Below, in pieces: positions 20,167-31,156 of a stretch of DNA of 64,000 nucleotides; within the stretch, counting starts at the first letter, position 1, and each line of letters opens with the position of its first letter. This DNA is from an uncultured virus (IMG/VR IMGVR_UViG_3300035162_003174) (lineage: Duplodnaviria; Heunggongvirae; Uroviricota; Caudoviricetes): the IMG/VR virus record IMGVR_UViG_3300035162_003174. One strand, 5' to 3'. Below the pieces are notes generated by a model. That model did not search any database. It was not told where the DNA came from and saw only the letters and a list, made by a program, of their open reading frames with translations. The position numbers and the translations under genes are program-made.

Positions 20167-21907
20167 AATTATCAATTAAAGGTTGGTAGTTTATGTCATT
20201 GAAAACGTTATTATTTTTCATTAAAGGTGTTTGTAAAAACATTACATCAGCAAATGGATAGTGTTCACCATTTAAAAAAGGATTATTAACCCCATTTCCA
20301 CTTGAATCTACATACCCATAGGAATATATGTCTCTCCACCTCCATTGTCCTTCATACTCCGAAAAGAACGAGTAATCAGGTACACCACTGACCTCGTCTC
20401 TATCTCCAACCTCAATATAATCTGAATATACTCTTAACTTTACTGAGTGATGTGGACTATATGTGTATCCATCAGGTAAATTAACCGTACCTGAAGTTGT
20501 ATACACTGAGGGGTTAAATGAGTATTTATGTGAAATTGGGGATGTAACCGTTTCCTTTTGTTCGAATTCATTCCACTCGCATACATCACCCTTAAGTGTG
20601 GTACCAATAGGTAAATCTTTATTATAATAAAATCTAATATTTAAACCATTATCCCCTGGTTTATCATAAAAATCAACATTAATATTATCTTTATTATTAA
20701 CGTTTAATTTCGACCACCAATTATCTATTGTGGTTTTTAAGAAATTAAAACTCCACCCAATTTCTAATCCTTTAGTGGGTGTGGTAGGTGGTGGACTATT
20801 AAAGTAACCCATATACCCTTTATTAATAATTGTCACAAATAATTCGGTTAATGGTCTACCAAGATTATCCAAAAGAGATATTGTGTCAATATCTTTATCA
20901 AATGAAAAACCAATTCCGTCTCGACCATCTTTAGTAGATATTCTACCCACTTGGTTAGGTGTTAAGGCTGAGTATTCTAATTTTTTTCTGATAGGGAAGT
21001 TACTTCTTTCAAAACCTAACCTATGTAAATCAGTATTAGATACATCAGTCAATGTTTTATGTTTTCTCACATAATACTTAGACATAGTTTCTCCTGAATT
21101 TTTAGGGTTTATAACCCTTTTTAAGTTACCCATCGCACCATTACTAATTGTTGCACCAGTAAACCCATAGTTATAAACATTAACTATCTTATCTTCATTT
21201 CCAAATGATTGGTCACCTAAACTATAAACCTCGAAAACATTTTTACCATTTACAGGGGTTTGTAAATATATAGAATCACCTTCATTTATATTATGTTTAT
21301 AACCACAGTAAAAACTAATCATATTTTTACCATTCACGACTCGATTTTTAATTGAATACGGTATACCATCCGAGACCTGAAATGAAAGACTACTCCCGCT
21401 ATCCTCATTAGTATATGTCATTGTCTGACCAGAATCATTACTATATGGGTAAGTTATGTACGTTGACCAATTATATGTAGAGGCACTTTTACTACGATAA
21501 ATTATATGATTCGGTATACCTGTTGTACGAAAAAAATTAAATTCATCATAGGGTGGGTATCCTGTCCATATGGCGTTTGGTATAGAACCCCCTGAATTAA
21601 TGAGTACTTGTGTTGGATTAAGTAAATATAACTCATTCTCAAATGGAGCATAATTACTACATCTACCCGAAACAGTATTGTCAAACAAGTTAACTATTTT
21701 TCCGGCAATTCTAAATTTAGTTGAGATTTGTCGTTCGTGGTCAAACCTTTCTTCTAAATTTAATAGTACTGTTCGGTCCCCTTCAATAATACTTTTCTTA
21801 CTGTTTTCTATAGGTATCTGTATAGATAGGTCAGTATCAGGTGCCCCAGCATAACGGTCGGAACCCCTAACAATTCTAATATCTTGATTATTTTTTTGAT
21901 TACCCAT
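20159..21907 (-). CDS. Hypothetical structural protein (baseplate region)
   Basis: 582-aa ORF overlapping both neighbours, consistent with translational coupling. Confidence 0.55.
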   Translation of the reverse strand: MGNQKNNQDIRIVRGSDRYAGAPDTDLSIQIPIENSKKSIIEGDRTVLLNLEERFDHERQISTKFRIAGKIVNLFDNTVSGRCSNYAPFENELYLLNPTQVLINSGGSIPNAIWTGYPPYDEFNFFRTTGIPNHIIYRSKSASTYNWSTYITYPYSNDSGQTMTYTNEDSGSSLSFQVSDGIPYSIKNRVVNGKNMISFYCGYKHNINEGDSIYLQTPVNGKNVFEVYSLGDQSFGNEDKIVNVYNYGFTGATISNGAMGNLKRVINPKNSGETMSKYYVRKHKTLTDVSNTDLHRLGFERSNFPIRKKLEYSALTPNQVGRISTKDGRDGIGFSFDKDIDTISLLDNLGRPLTELFVTIINKGYMGYFNSPPPTTPTKGLEIGWSFNFLKTTIDNWWSKLNVNNKDNINVDFYDKPGDNGLNIRFYYNKDLPIGTTLKGDVCEWNEFEQKETVTSPISHKYSFNPSVYTTSGTVNLPDGYTYSPHHSVKLRVYSDYIEVGDRDEVSGVPDYSFFSEYEGQWRWRDIYSYGYVDSSGNGVNNPFLNGEHYPFADVMFLQTPLMKNNNVFNDINYQPLIDNCE

Positions 21908-24900
21908 TTAAATCAGCATTAAATATAAATTTAGTTATGAATCTATTCATCGCACTTTTACCCCTTTTCAATCCAAAATAGTTTTGGAACGGAGAACCAA
22001 CTCGAAAACCCTGTCCGGTAGCGTCATTTGGTGCGTTTATATTAGTATAAACGTTTATAGGTCTATTAAATATAAATCCTGTACCTAACCCCGCAGAAGG
22101 TTTAGGGTACTCATTAGCCCCATCAAATGTCTCGTCCTGATAAGGTCCTGATTGAGCCACATTAGTTTTCCACGTATTCTCTTCACCCCCCCATAATTTA
22201 TTATTATCGTATTTCCAAGTATAAAATGGTACTACTTGCGTTCCAGGATAATTAAATTGGTTTACTAATAGAGGGTTTTCTGAAAATGTAAGTTGGCCAG
22301 GACCTAGTATTCTTCTATCCGCAACTGTACTACCAATAGTGTTATAGGTACTTTTAGTACTACCCGTAAACCACACACCCATAACACCCTCAGCCACCGA
22401 AACTTCATCCTCATAGTTACCTGATAAATAAGGTAGTACTCCAAACTCAGTATTAATAGAAATCATTTGAGCGTAGTCTCCGTCAACTCTTGAATCAAAA
22501 AATCTTTGTATTAAATCATTTCCGTTATCTCTAGAAAATAATTTTTGTATCGAAGAGTCTCCCGAAGCTAAAATATTATTTAAGAAAGATGAACTAATTA
22601 ATCGTGAGATAATAAATAAATTTAATAATCCTGATATGTCTTGATATGATGAACTTTCAACCTCATCAATAATATATCCTTGAAATTCTGGAGTTAATAA
22701 AATTTCTTTTAGAAAGTCAGTTTTAGGTCCCAAATCCATTATTGTTGTTGGTTGCCAAATATTACCCTCGTTTCCCCCTATAGAATTAAGTGCCCCGTCA
22801 CATTGGGTTTGGGGTTTAAAATTTCCATTATAGTAAGGTGCCGACCTATAGAAGAATGAGTTACTATCAGTATTAAAATATATTGGACCACAGTTTACTC
22901 TATTAGCAAAGAATAGTCCCCCTGAACCTGATTGAGGGTCACCACAATACTTATAACGTTTTACCTCATTATCACTATTATAAAAAGTCTTTTTTTGAAA
23001 TGATGGCATGTATAAGGTACCATTAATCCAGTTATTTTGAAACATATGTCCAATAACTCCTCTACACGCTCCAAACATGAATCTAAACCTCGTTCTCCAT
23101 TCAAAGAAAAATTTAAAATCTTTTGGTATACTAACGATAAGTGGGTTATCTACAAATACGTAACATCCTCCTTGAGTTCTATCATCTAAATCACATGGGT
23201 CATCTATTGCGAAAGTATCCCCGTCCCCTGTATAACATTCTAAAACTTTTAACCCTTCACATGTGAAGCTTTCTAAAATCCCATTAGCCATGAAATTAGA
23301 GTCGGGGTCGTCATCAAAGTCACCCATATTTCCAGACGAATCTGTACTACCCACGGAACTATTAGGTGGTACTGTGGTGCTCTGACCATTGTCAGAAATG
23401 GTCCAATACGTAAATGATTCATTTAAATGTAAAGGAAAATCTTGGTATGGTGCGAGAGTTCCGCCTACGTCTCTCACTGAGGAAGTAGGTAATCTATCTG
23501 ACCTAAAAACTAATTTATCCGAGTTACTTATAGTTATTTTAGGCGCAATTGCATTCCAAACCCAATATGACGGAGAAATAGTCAATCCCTTATGAGATGG
23601 GTTATTGAAGTTTAAATTTACATTAGGTAGTACATTAGTCCATTGATACGACGCACCGTCAATACGTCCCTGACCATTAGTTCCTACACCAGTACTTATT
23701 GACATTATGTCATTTAATGAAGAACCAGCAATTGCATTACTGAGAGTATTAACAGTTTTTCCATCAGTACTACCATTATTATTAATGTATGTTGAAGAAC
23801 CCCATTGTACACCTAATGACGAATAGTAAGCAAGGGCGGTAGTTGTAAAGGAACTAAATGCACTTGTAGTAGGTGTAAATAAATAAGACCCATGAAATAA
23901 GTCATCGTCATTATTATTAGTAACGTCCGCGAATTGTGGCGTAGCGTTTATATTATTTAAAACCGGATAATGGGGTTTAGGTGTAAAAATATCCGAAGTC
24001 CCTGTTGTTTTTTGTATTGGAATATTTGGGTAATATTCACCTGTAAAAACATAATTAGGGTCATTCCCATAACTAGTCTCACCAAATATTTTTGAGACAT
24101 CATAACTTAATGTTTGTCTCGGAGAATAAGGGTCCACTCCCCTTGCAATGAAATAAACTTTTAAGTTGTCTGAGTCGTCAAAATAATCTAAAGCCAATTT
24201 ACTGGTTACTACATCAGGATTACCACCACCAAACTGAAACCCACTACAAAAATATTCAGTATGTTTATCTATAAAATAATTCCATAGTATGGAATTATCG
24301 GTATAATTCGCGGTAGTGCCAGAAAAGTAAGTTCTAATTTCAGATATACTCATACTACCGATTACTTGATAGTACTCAATACCTGATTTAAAATCATATG
24401 AAGCTCCATCTACCGGGGAATATAAATCTAATTGTGAAGTTACTTCAGTTCCATCTGGTTTAATATATGTACAAGGTCGTTGAACATAATTGGTGGGGTT
24501 ACTAACCATAGTACCTGTAATGGATTGTGAACCATATTGATTAATAGTTAATCCAGTATTATTTACGTTAAAGTCAGGAACTAGTTCACCATCCACAAAT
24601 GTTAATAACTGACCATTGTCCATATCAACATTACCATCCATAACAGTTATAAGTGGCATATCTTCATATCGATTAAATCCATTGGATGGTACAGTTTGAG
24701 GTGTACCATTTGTTGAAAATTGGTTATTTAACACATCAACTCTCATACGGTTAGGTAAGTCGTTTGCAGAACCTGAACTTAAAGTATTAAAATACCTTTC
24801 CCTTTGACTCATTAAGTTTAATGATTGAGGTACTGAGGTATTAAATACGGTATGTTGCCGATTGGCCTCTTCTAAACTATACGGAGTTTTATACCAACTA

Positions 24901-26948
24901 TTAGGTGGTGTGATATATGGTGAAGTCGGAGGTACTTCAGGGTCGTAACCTGAAAACATAACCCCGTTGTATTGTGTAGCTAATGAAGTATTATCATTAC
25001 CGTTATAACACGCAAAACATTCATCATTCATATTATTACCATAACAGGTAATATCATTATACGCACCAATACTTACGAAATCGGCTAAATTACTTTCGTT
25101 ATTATTCGCCAATAAAATATCCATATCATCAATAGTTTCACTTTCAGCTGGAGCCATTTGAGTATCTTGACAAGAACAAGCCTCACAATCGGGGTAAGTA
25201 ATCATAGGAAGAGTTAACCTTTTAAATGGGTTATCCTTCGATAGTGGTGTTATAGATTCTTTTTTACAGTCACTTTTCTTTAATTTACTACTTAAGAAAG
25301 CAACAACCTTACAAATCGCATAAACTAACTTATTGACAATCCAAAGAATTATATTAATAATAATTCTAAATATCGGGTATAATAATGCTAAAACATGCAT
25401 TATCGGTATAATAACAAAAATAGTAGGAGTAATAACACCAATTAATATATTAAATAAGAAAAATAGAAAATCAAAATTTCTTTGACCGTCATTCATAGGA
25501 AAACGATTGTTTTCACTCATACAGGACTTATCAAGTATTTCTTTTATACCATAATGGGATGCCCGGCTGAGACCATATTTCCAACGGTCTATATGTGCCC
25601 CTGTTGTATAAACTTTATTATAACCAAATAAATAAAACGTATCCTCACATTTTATTGCGGCATCTTTATCGTAATAATCATTCCAATCCAGTGAAAAAGA
25701 ATAAGATTTATTTAAGTCTACTCCACCTGAATTACCTATAGATGCGGGGTTTTGTCCTGACTCAGGAGTTTGTGACCAATGTTCTTTAATGTTAGGTATA
25801 AGATAATTGGCTCTCATAATTTGAGTTTGTAGTCCCGCCTCATTTTGCCATTTAATTTTAAACCTATATTTTGATTTAGTTGCGACACCAATAGTGGGGT
25901 CAATGGATATCACTCTCTCACCAAATTCGTTGGTGGTCATATATTCAAGGTTCATTGGTATGTCAATTAACCAAGTACCATTATCATCTATGACATTACC
26001 ACCATCTTCTAATTGGTATTGTTCAAGTACTGGGTCTCCATTTTCATCTTCTTGAATTGTGTGTCTTATCGCTAAAATTTCACCAGGACCCGCAACTGTG
26101 TCACATAAATTACCGGTATCTTTTTTAGGTTTACATGTTGCCTTAATATAGTCACCATCATTTGAAGAAAATACTGAACCCATGAATGTTGAATGTGGTG
26201 TTATTTCAACTCCTTGGTCACTTAAATCAAAATCAACTCTTGTAATACCAACATCACACATATCGTCTTGACCCCAAAACGACCCAACATCAATGTCTTT
26301 TATCTCAGTCATTATTTGAGGTAATGAAGAAATATCTTCTGAATCTTTAAATAATTGACCGTTAAATTGTGATGGTACCCCTCGACCCATTCTTATTAGG
26401 TCAGAAGGTCGAAGTGAAAATTCACCCATATTAGATAAATCTAAATCCATAACAATTTTTTGACTACCTAATGGTACACCAACAATCATAAAGTCACCAG
26501 ACTCATTAGTTCTTACTGAGTACTTATAATATTTTTCATATACTTGTAATACTTCTTTACGTGTTAAAATATCATCAACAGTAGGAAAAGTACCTGTGGC
26601 GTTATGTCCGTAATATTCATCCTCATATGGTAATAAATTATATCTATAACCATCTTCATTTTTAGTTGTAGGTGATTTATAAGGATATAAGGTCGATATA
26701 ATTGGGTCAACCTCATCGACAGCGTCTAACGGTATAAAAATTGAGATGTGGGCGTTAGGTATACCTAAACCATTATTAGCTATCACACGACCAACTACCA
26801 CACCATAGTCAGCGCAGAACTGTGTGTAGAGGTCTTCTTGTCTTAATTTTAAAGACAAAATTTCTAAAGAATCAAAATCTTGGTCGATTTTAACATTAAT
26901 GTTTCTATCGACGCCAGGTTGTGTTCTTAATCTAATTGATTTCGGCAT
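21900..26948 (-). CDS. Large baseplate-region protein with N-terminal transthyretin/carboxypeptidase-regulatory-like domain and a long hydrophobic segment
   Basis: 1682 aa. It contains GVVVGRV..NGLGIPNAHISIF and TNESGDFMIVGVPLG, then a ~65-aa hydrophobic stretch followed by CxxCxC. Confidence 0.55.
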   Translation of the reverse strand: MPKSIRLRTQPGVDRNINVKIDQDFDSLEILSLKLRQEDLYTQFCADYGVVVGRVIANNGLGIPNAHISIFIPLDAVDEVDPIISTLYPYKSPTTKNEDGYRYNLLPYEDEYYGHNATGTFPTVDDILTRKEVLQVYEKYYKYSVRTNESGDFMIVGVPLGSQKIVMDLDLSNMGEFSLRPSDLIRMGRGVPSQFNGQLFKDSEDISSLPQIMTEIKDIDVGSFWGQDDMCDVGITRVDFDLSDQGVEITPHSTFMGSVFSSNDGDYIKATCKPKKDTGNLCDTVAGPGEILAIRHTIQEDENGDPVLEQYQLEDGGNVIDDNGTWLIDIPMNLEYMTTNEFGERVISIDPTIGVATKSKYRFKIKWQNEAGLQTQIMRANYLIPNIKEHWSQTPESGQNPASIGNSGGVDLNKSYSFSLDWNDYYDKDAAIKCEDTFYLFGYNKVYTTGAHIDRWKYGLSRASHYGIKEILDKSCMSENNRFPMNDGQRNFDFLFFLFNILIGVITPTIFVIIPIMHVLALLYPIFRIIINIILWIVNKLVYAICKVVAFLSSKLKKSDCKKESITPLSKDNPFKRLTLPMITYPDCEACSCQDTQMAPAESETIDDMDILLANNNESNLADFVSIGAYNDITCYGNNMNDECFACYNGNDNTSLATQYNGVMFSGYDPEVPPTSPYITPPNSWYKTPYSLEEANRQHTVFNTSVPQSLNLMSQRERYFNTLSSGSANDLPNRMRVDVLNNQFSTNGTPQTVPSNGFNRYEDMPLITVMDGNVDMDNGQLLTFVDGELVPDFNVNNTGLTINQYGSQSITGTMVSNPTNYVQRPCTYIKPDGTEVTSQLDLYSPVDGASYDFKSGIEYYQVIGSMSISEIRTYFSGTTANYTDNSILWNYFIDKHTEYFCSGFQFGGGNPDVVTSKLALDYFDDSDNLKVYFIARGVDPYSPRQTLSYDVSKIFGETSYGNDPNYVFTGEYYPNIPIQKTTGTSDIFTPKPHYPVLNNINATPQFADVTNNNDDDLFHGSYLFTPTTSAFSSFTTTALAYYSSLGVQWGSSTYINNNGSTDGKTVNTLSNAIAGSSLNDIMSISTGVGTNGQGRIDGASYQWTNVLPNVNLNFNNPSHKGLTISPSYWVWNAIAPKITISNSDKLVFRSDRLPTSSVRDVGGTLAPYQDFPLHLNESFTYWTISDNGQSTTVPPNSSVGSTDSSGNMGDFDDDPDSNFMANGILESFTCEGLKVLECYTGDGDTFAIDDPCDLDDRTQGGCYVFVDNPLIVSIPKDFKFFFEWRTRFRFMFGACRGVIGHMFQNNWINGTLYMPSFQKKTFYNSDNEVKRYKYCGDPQSGSGGLFFANRVNCGPIYFNTDSNSFFYRSAPYYNGNFKPQTQCDGALNSIGGNEGNIWQPTTIMDLGPKTDFLKEILLTPEFQGYIIDEVESSSYQDISGLLNLFIISRLISSSFLNNILASGDSSIQKLFSRDNGNDLIQRFFDSRVDGDYAQMISINTEFGVLPYLSGNYEDEVSVAEGVMGVWFTGSTKSTYNTIGSTVADRRILGPGQLTFSENPLLVNQFNYPGTQVVPFYTWKYDNNKLWGGEENTWKTNVAQSGPYQDETFDGANEYPKPSAGLGTGFIFNRPINVYTNINAPNDATGQGFRVGSPFQNYFGLKRGKSAMNRFITKFIFNADLNG

Positions 26949-26961
26949 AATTAGTTTTTAA

Positions 26962-26969
26962 GATAAATA
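26962..26969 (-). promoter_or_regulatory. Putative late promoter motif TATTTATC
   Basis: 13 nt upstream of the ATG at 26948. Confidence 0.55.
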
Positions 26970-27019
26970 GTTATTCATCCTAATTTTAATTTGATTTTGT
27001 CAAAAGTATATGGATAGAT

Positions 27020-28858
27020 TTAAGAGAAGTCGACATTTTTAAGTGACTTAGCTCTCACTTTAATATCCGTATTAGGAAATCTTATTTGATAAACCTGATT
27101 TGGTTGAGCAAATATAGTATCATCAATTAACTTTATCTGTTTGGTTTGACTGTCCGAATATTTTTGAGATGTTTGAGAGTTAGAGTATCTACCACCTACT
27201 TTATTAAAAACTTTTAAATCTGAAAGAGATATGACACCAGGTATATCTTGCACAATTCGTCTAACATCTGAAACATTTACATTAAACCCTAATTGTTGTT
27301 TTTGTGGTGAGAAATAACTATCTACCGAATTAATAATACTTGTAATAATTTGCCCTTGGTTTTGTGTTGAATCCATAACTACTGAAAGTTCAAATTCTAA
27401 ATCAACCACATTAGCATTAGATATAGATATGTAATCATTTATCATTCTATAATGCGATAAGTAGTTTGCTATATTTTGTTTTAATGTATTAGAGATTGAC
27501 TCCGTTAGTTTTCCTTGAGTGTCATAGGATAATATCTCAATCTTAATTTTATTATCTTCTTCGGTAATTGCCGCCTTAGCTGGTGCTCCATACCTACTTG
27601 GCATTGTTCTAACTAATGAGTTATAATCATTAACAGTGACCGCTCTTTTTTGTGCTCCAAAATTAAACGAAACCATATTTCTTACTTCCTCAGTAGTTGG
27701 TAAGTCCCCACCTCCGATAGCCGCAGTTACATTGGTTACCCTTAAACTTTCACTAACATTCTGACTAATTGGGCTAGATGGTCCATTTACATCAAAATAT
27801 GTTGTCCCAAATTGCGTTATTACGTTAACACCAACATTAGACGCCTTACCTCCACCAATTCGATACTGAACAAATAAAGTAGTGTTAGCCCTTACCGTAA
27901 CCCCTAATCCAATATTATTTTGATAATCCTGTATTCTTAACGGTATCCCCGTTCTAGTAAACTCTTGTAATTGTTCTTCAGGTGTTGTTGTACCTCCACC
28001 AAAATTTATCTTACAATACCCTTCAGGCGTGTACTCAGAAACAAATCGTGTTTCAGTCTCAATGTATTTACCAACTTTAATCCCTGGTTGGTCAGCGGGT
28101 TTTGTTGGGTCTTCAATGAAAATTTTAGACTCGGCAAGCGCATCAACTTCATACCACTTATTAGGTGCGTTGATAAACTCATCATATGTTGGTGGTGATT
28201 GATAATTTGTACCATCCTTTTGTATTATGGATGTTATACTAATAACATTTTTTTCTGGTAAGAAAAATTCATAGAATGGTCTAACATCATTATTATTGAT
28301 AATTTTTTTAAACGTCTTAGTTAACCCATTAACCACAACCTCTCGTTTAGTCATCGTATAATTAATTAATCGGTTATTTGCATCAAAATTTGGTATTTTA
28401 GTACGATTAGGGTACCCTTCACTATTATATTGTGAACTAAAATCAATATCATTAGGGTTCTCAAAAACTTGACCTCCACCCACAAATTGTGACCCCGCTC
28501 TCATATTACCTAGATATCTTTCGTCTTCTTGGTCACCTAAAGCAGGTACGGTAATGGAAACATCAATTAAAGCGATTGACGGTCTATTACCCGGTATTTT
28601 TAACCCATAGGTTCTAGCTATATTATATATCGATGATTTTTGTTGTGCGTATTGTAAAACCGTCTCCTGAATACTACGGTCCATGTGGTAATGTAGATTA
28701 TCTCCGATAGCGGCATTTAAATCCATAAACACCGAATAAATGGATGCGTCATTAAAATTACCAATTAATTCAGGGTAATACTGTTGTGTGTAATTAATCA
28801 ATTCCTGTCTTAAGGATTGAAAATCTCTGTCTGTGTATGATATCTTACGGTTAGCCAT
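27020..28858 (-). CDS. Baseplate wedge subunit, T4 gp6-like (baseplate J family)
   Basis: N-terminal YTDRDFQSLRQEL, ETVLQYAQQKSSIYNIA, GG...EEVR and QKRAVTVNDY motifs. It directly follows the gp25-like gene. Confidence 0.85.
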   Translation of the reverse strand: MANRKISYTDRDFQSLRQELINYTQQYYPELIGNFNDASIYSVFMDLNAAIGDNLHYHMDRSIQETVLQYAQQKSSIYNIARTYGLKIPGNRPSIALIDVSITVPALGDQEDERYLGNMRAGSQFVGGGQVFENPNDIDFSSQYNSEGYPNRTKIPNFDANNRLINYTMTKREVVVNGLTKTFKKIINNNDVRPFYEFFLPEKNVISITSIIQKDGTNYQSPPTYDEFINAPNKWYEVDALAESKIFIEDPTKPADQPGIKVGKYIETETRFVSEYTPEGYCKINFGGGTTTPEEQLQEFTRTGIPLRIQDYQNNIGLGVTVRANTTLFVQYRIGGGKASNVGVNVITQFGTTYFDVNGPSSPISQNVSESLRVTNVTAAIGGGDLPTTEEVRNMVSFNFGAQKRAVTVNDYNSLVRTMPSRYGAPAKAAITEEDNKIKIEILSYDTQGKLTESISNTLKQNIANYLSHYRMINDYISISNANVVDLEFELSVVMDSTQNQGQIITSIINSVDSYFSPQKQQLGFNVNVSDVRRIVQDIPGVISLSDLKVFNKVGGRYSNSQTSQKYSDSQTKQIKLIDDTIFAQPNQVYQIRFPNTDIKVRAKSLKNVDFS

Positions 28859-28864
28859 ATACTA

Positions 28865-29326
28865 TTAAATATTAATGATAACAAAATCTTTAGATGAAAA
28901 CGTACCATTAACGATAGTATAGTCAATTCTTAGCTTTGCAGTGTACTCCTCAGTACCTTGTCCTGCTATCCTATAGATTTGACCCCCTAGTTCATCATAA
29001 TTTATTTCACCCGCTAAAGGTTCGGCATCGAGATATGGTTCTATCGATATATCATTTATTTGTAAGTTAGGAATATATTTATCGACCGCTTCCCTAACAT
29101 CCGCTTTGATAGCATCAAATGTTGGGCCATCCATTGGTTCAAAAATAAATTCATAAATACGGGTACCAAAATCAGGTAAGTAATATCTACTACCTCTTCT
29201 AGTTAATATCAGATGTAGTAAGTCTGCCCTAATCTCTTCGTTCGATGTGCGCGTCAATCTAAGGTAGTCCCCTTGTAAACTATCTCTAAATGGGAAAAAT
29301 ACTCCGTATGTTTTACCGTCTGCCAT
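28865..29326 (-). CDS. Baseplate wedge subunit / sheath initiator, T4 gp25-like
   Basis: IRADLLHLILTRRGSRYYLPDFGTRIYEFIFEP is the gp25/GPW signature. Confidence 0.9.
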   Translation of the reverse strand: MADGKTYGVFFPFRDSLQGDYLRLTRTSNEEIRADLLHLILTRRGSRYYLPDFGTRIYEFIFEPMDGPTFDAIKADVREAVDKYIPNLQINDISIEPYLDAEPLAGEINYDELGGQIYRIAGQGTEEYTAKLRIDYTIVNGTFSSKDFVIINI

Positions 29327-29330
29327 ATTT

Positions 29331-29338
29331 CATAAATA
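29331..29338 (-). promoter_or_regulatory. Putative late promoter motif TATTTATG
   Basis: Just downstream of the nrdA terminator and only 4 nt before the gp25 ATG. Confidence 0.5.
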
Positions 29339-29370
29339 TAATCACAGATTATTTTATTTAAATATAAAAG

Positions 29371-29400
29371 AAAAAAGGTTAGACGAATCTAACCTTTTTT
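29371..29400 (-). terminator. Intrinsic terminator ending the replication/RNR operon
   Basis: Perfect inverted repeat AAAAAAGGTTAGA-TTCG-TCTAACCTTTTTT on the minus strand, with a UUCG tetraloop and U tract. Confidence 0.9.
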
Positions 29401-29424
29401 CATAATATACTTGATTTCTACCTC

Positions 29425-31131
29425 TTATCCCTCACACGCAACACATTGTAAATCATTAAGATTCAACTTTTTTCTTGCGAATGCCTGTGCAGAATTCATT
29501 GAGTGTTGATAATAAAGTGTTTTTACCCCTAACTTCCATGAGTCAATAAGTAACTTATTAACGTCTTTAGTTGGCATTTCAGGTGAAACCATTAAATTTA
29601 ATGATTGTGATTGGTCAATATAGTCTTGTCTAATAGCTGCTTGGTTAATAATTGATGATTGGTTAATTTCTGCAAATGTTCTAAATACGTCTTTTTGGTT
29701 ATCAGTTAAGAAATCTAAATGTTGCACTGAACCATCTGCCCTTTTTATGGTATCCCAAACTTCTTTATTATCTTTACCCATAGTATTTAATAGTTCTTTA
29801 AGTACGGGGTTTTTAATTGTGATTTTCATCTTAGCAACATCTTTCACATAACAATTTGACCATATAGGTTCAATTGATTGTGAAACTTGACCAAGAATAA
29901 ATGCCGATGATGTCGTAGGTGCAACAGCATTAAGTGTTACGTTTCTTCGACCATAACCTTTCAAATATTCAGGTTCGCCAAATATTTTAGCAAGTTCTTC
30001 AGATGCTTGATATGATTTATCTTTAATAGTTTTAAACACCTCAACATTTAATTTTGCGGTTTCTTTTGTGTCGAACGGTAACCCTTTTGATTGGAGTAGT
30101 GAATGCCAACCCAATACACCTAATCCAAGAGCTCTTTGTCTTTTAGCAAAATTATAAGCTTTTTCCATATAGAAAAACGCCATTCGACCTTCCCTTGTTC
30201 CATTGTCTCTTAATTCTTCTAACTTATTACAATAGTCAGTTACTACAGCATCTAAGAAATAAACCATAGTCTCAACCGCATCAGTATCTTTCCATTCATC
30301 ATAATGAAGTACATTCATAGAAGATAAAACACAAACAAATGATTCGTCATCTGAATTATGTAATGCTATTTCAGAACAAAGGTTAGAGTTATAAATTTTA
30401 GCTCCTTTATCACGATAAACTTCAGGAGCATTATTATTCATTGTGTCATGAAACATAATATATGGATAACCTATCTCACCTCGTCTTTGAATAACTTTAG
30501 CCCATATCTTTCTTTTGTCGTCATCACCAGCAATCATTTCTTCCATAAACTTATCAGTCACAGTAACCGCATGTGTTAAATCTTGAATTGATGCCCCTTC
30601 AGTACCTATTTCTAAGAACTCCATAATGTCTGGATGTTCAACAGGTAAATAGGGTGAGAAACGACCCCTACGTGTCGCTCCTTGTGAAATATTATCTACC
30701 ACACTTTGAAAAAGATTCATGAAGTGGACCGCTCCAGGAGCATGTCCGTTATCTGTTATTTTGGCTCCACGACCACGAAGGTTACCAAAGTAACCTGAAG
30801 TTCCACCCCCCATTTTACTCATCTCACCAACTTCGGCTTGTGTGAAAAGAATTGATTCAATGTTATCACTCACATTAGAACCAAAACAACTGACAGGTAA
30901 TCCTCTTTCTTTGCCGAAGTTTGCCCATACTGGTGACGATAATGAATACCACCCTTTACTCATATATTCGTAAAATTTATCAGCAAACCCTTCTTTATTT
31001 AAAAGTTTTTCCGCGTGTTTAGCTATTGTTTTTATTCTATCTAAAGGTTCTTCACCCTCACTTAAATAACCTCTACGAAGAAACGTTATTGATTCTTCAT
31101 TAATCCAATTAAAAGGTTTTCTATTTTTCAT
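29425..31131 (-). CDS. nrdA: Ribonucleotide reductase class I alpha subunit, short and lacking an ATP-cone
   Basis: PVSCF, catalytic SNLCSEI, APTTSS, KTLYY and C-terminal CVAC motifs; 568 aa. Confidence 0.95.
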   Translation of the reverse strand: MKNRKPFNWINEESITFLRRGYLSEGEEPLDRIKTIAKHAEKLLNKEGFADKFYEYMSKGWYSLSSPVWANFGKERGLPVSCFGSNVSDNIESILFTQAEVGEMSKMGGGTSGYFGNLRGRGAKITDNGHAPGAVHFMNLFQSVVDNISQGATRRGRFSPYLPVEHPDIMEFLEIGTEGASIQDLTHAVTVTDKFMEEMIAGDDDKRKIWAKVIQRRGEIGYPYIMFHDTMNNNAPEVYRDKGAKIYNSNLCSEIALHNSDDESFVCVLSSMNVLHYDEWKDTDAVETMVYFLDAVVTDYCNKLEELRDNGTREGRMAFFYMEKAYNFAKRQRALGLGVLGWHSLLQSKGLPFDTKETAKLNVEVFKTIKDKSYQASEELAKIFGEPEYLKGYGRRNVTLNAVAPTTSSAFILGQVSQSIEPIWSNCYVKDVAKMKITIKNPVLKELLNTMGKDNKEVWDTIKRADGSVQHLDFLTDNQKDVFRTFAEINQSSIINQAAIRQDYIDQSQSLNLMVSPEMPTKDVNKLLIDSWKLGVKTLYYQHSMNSAQAFARKKLNLNDLQCVACEG

Positions 31132-31156
31132 ATTATTTTTTTATTATTATTTTGTT

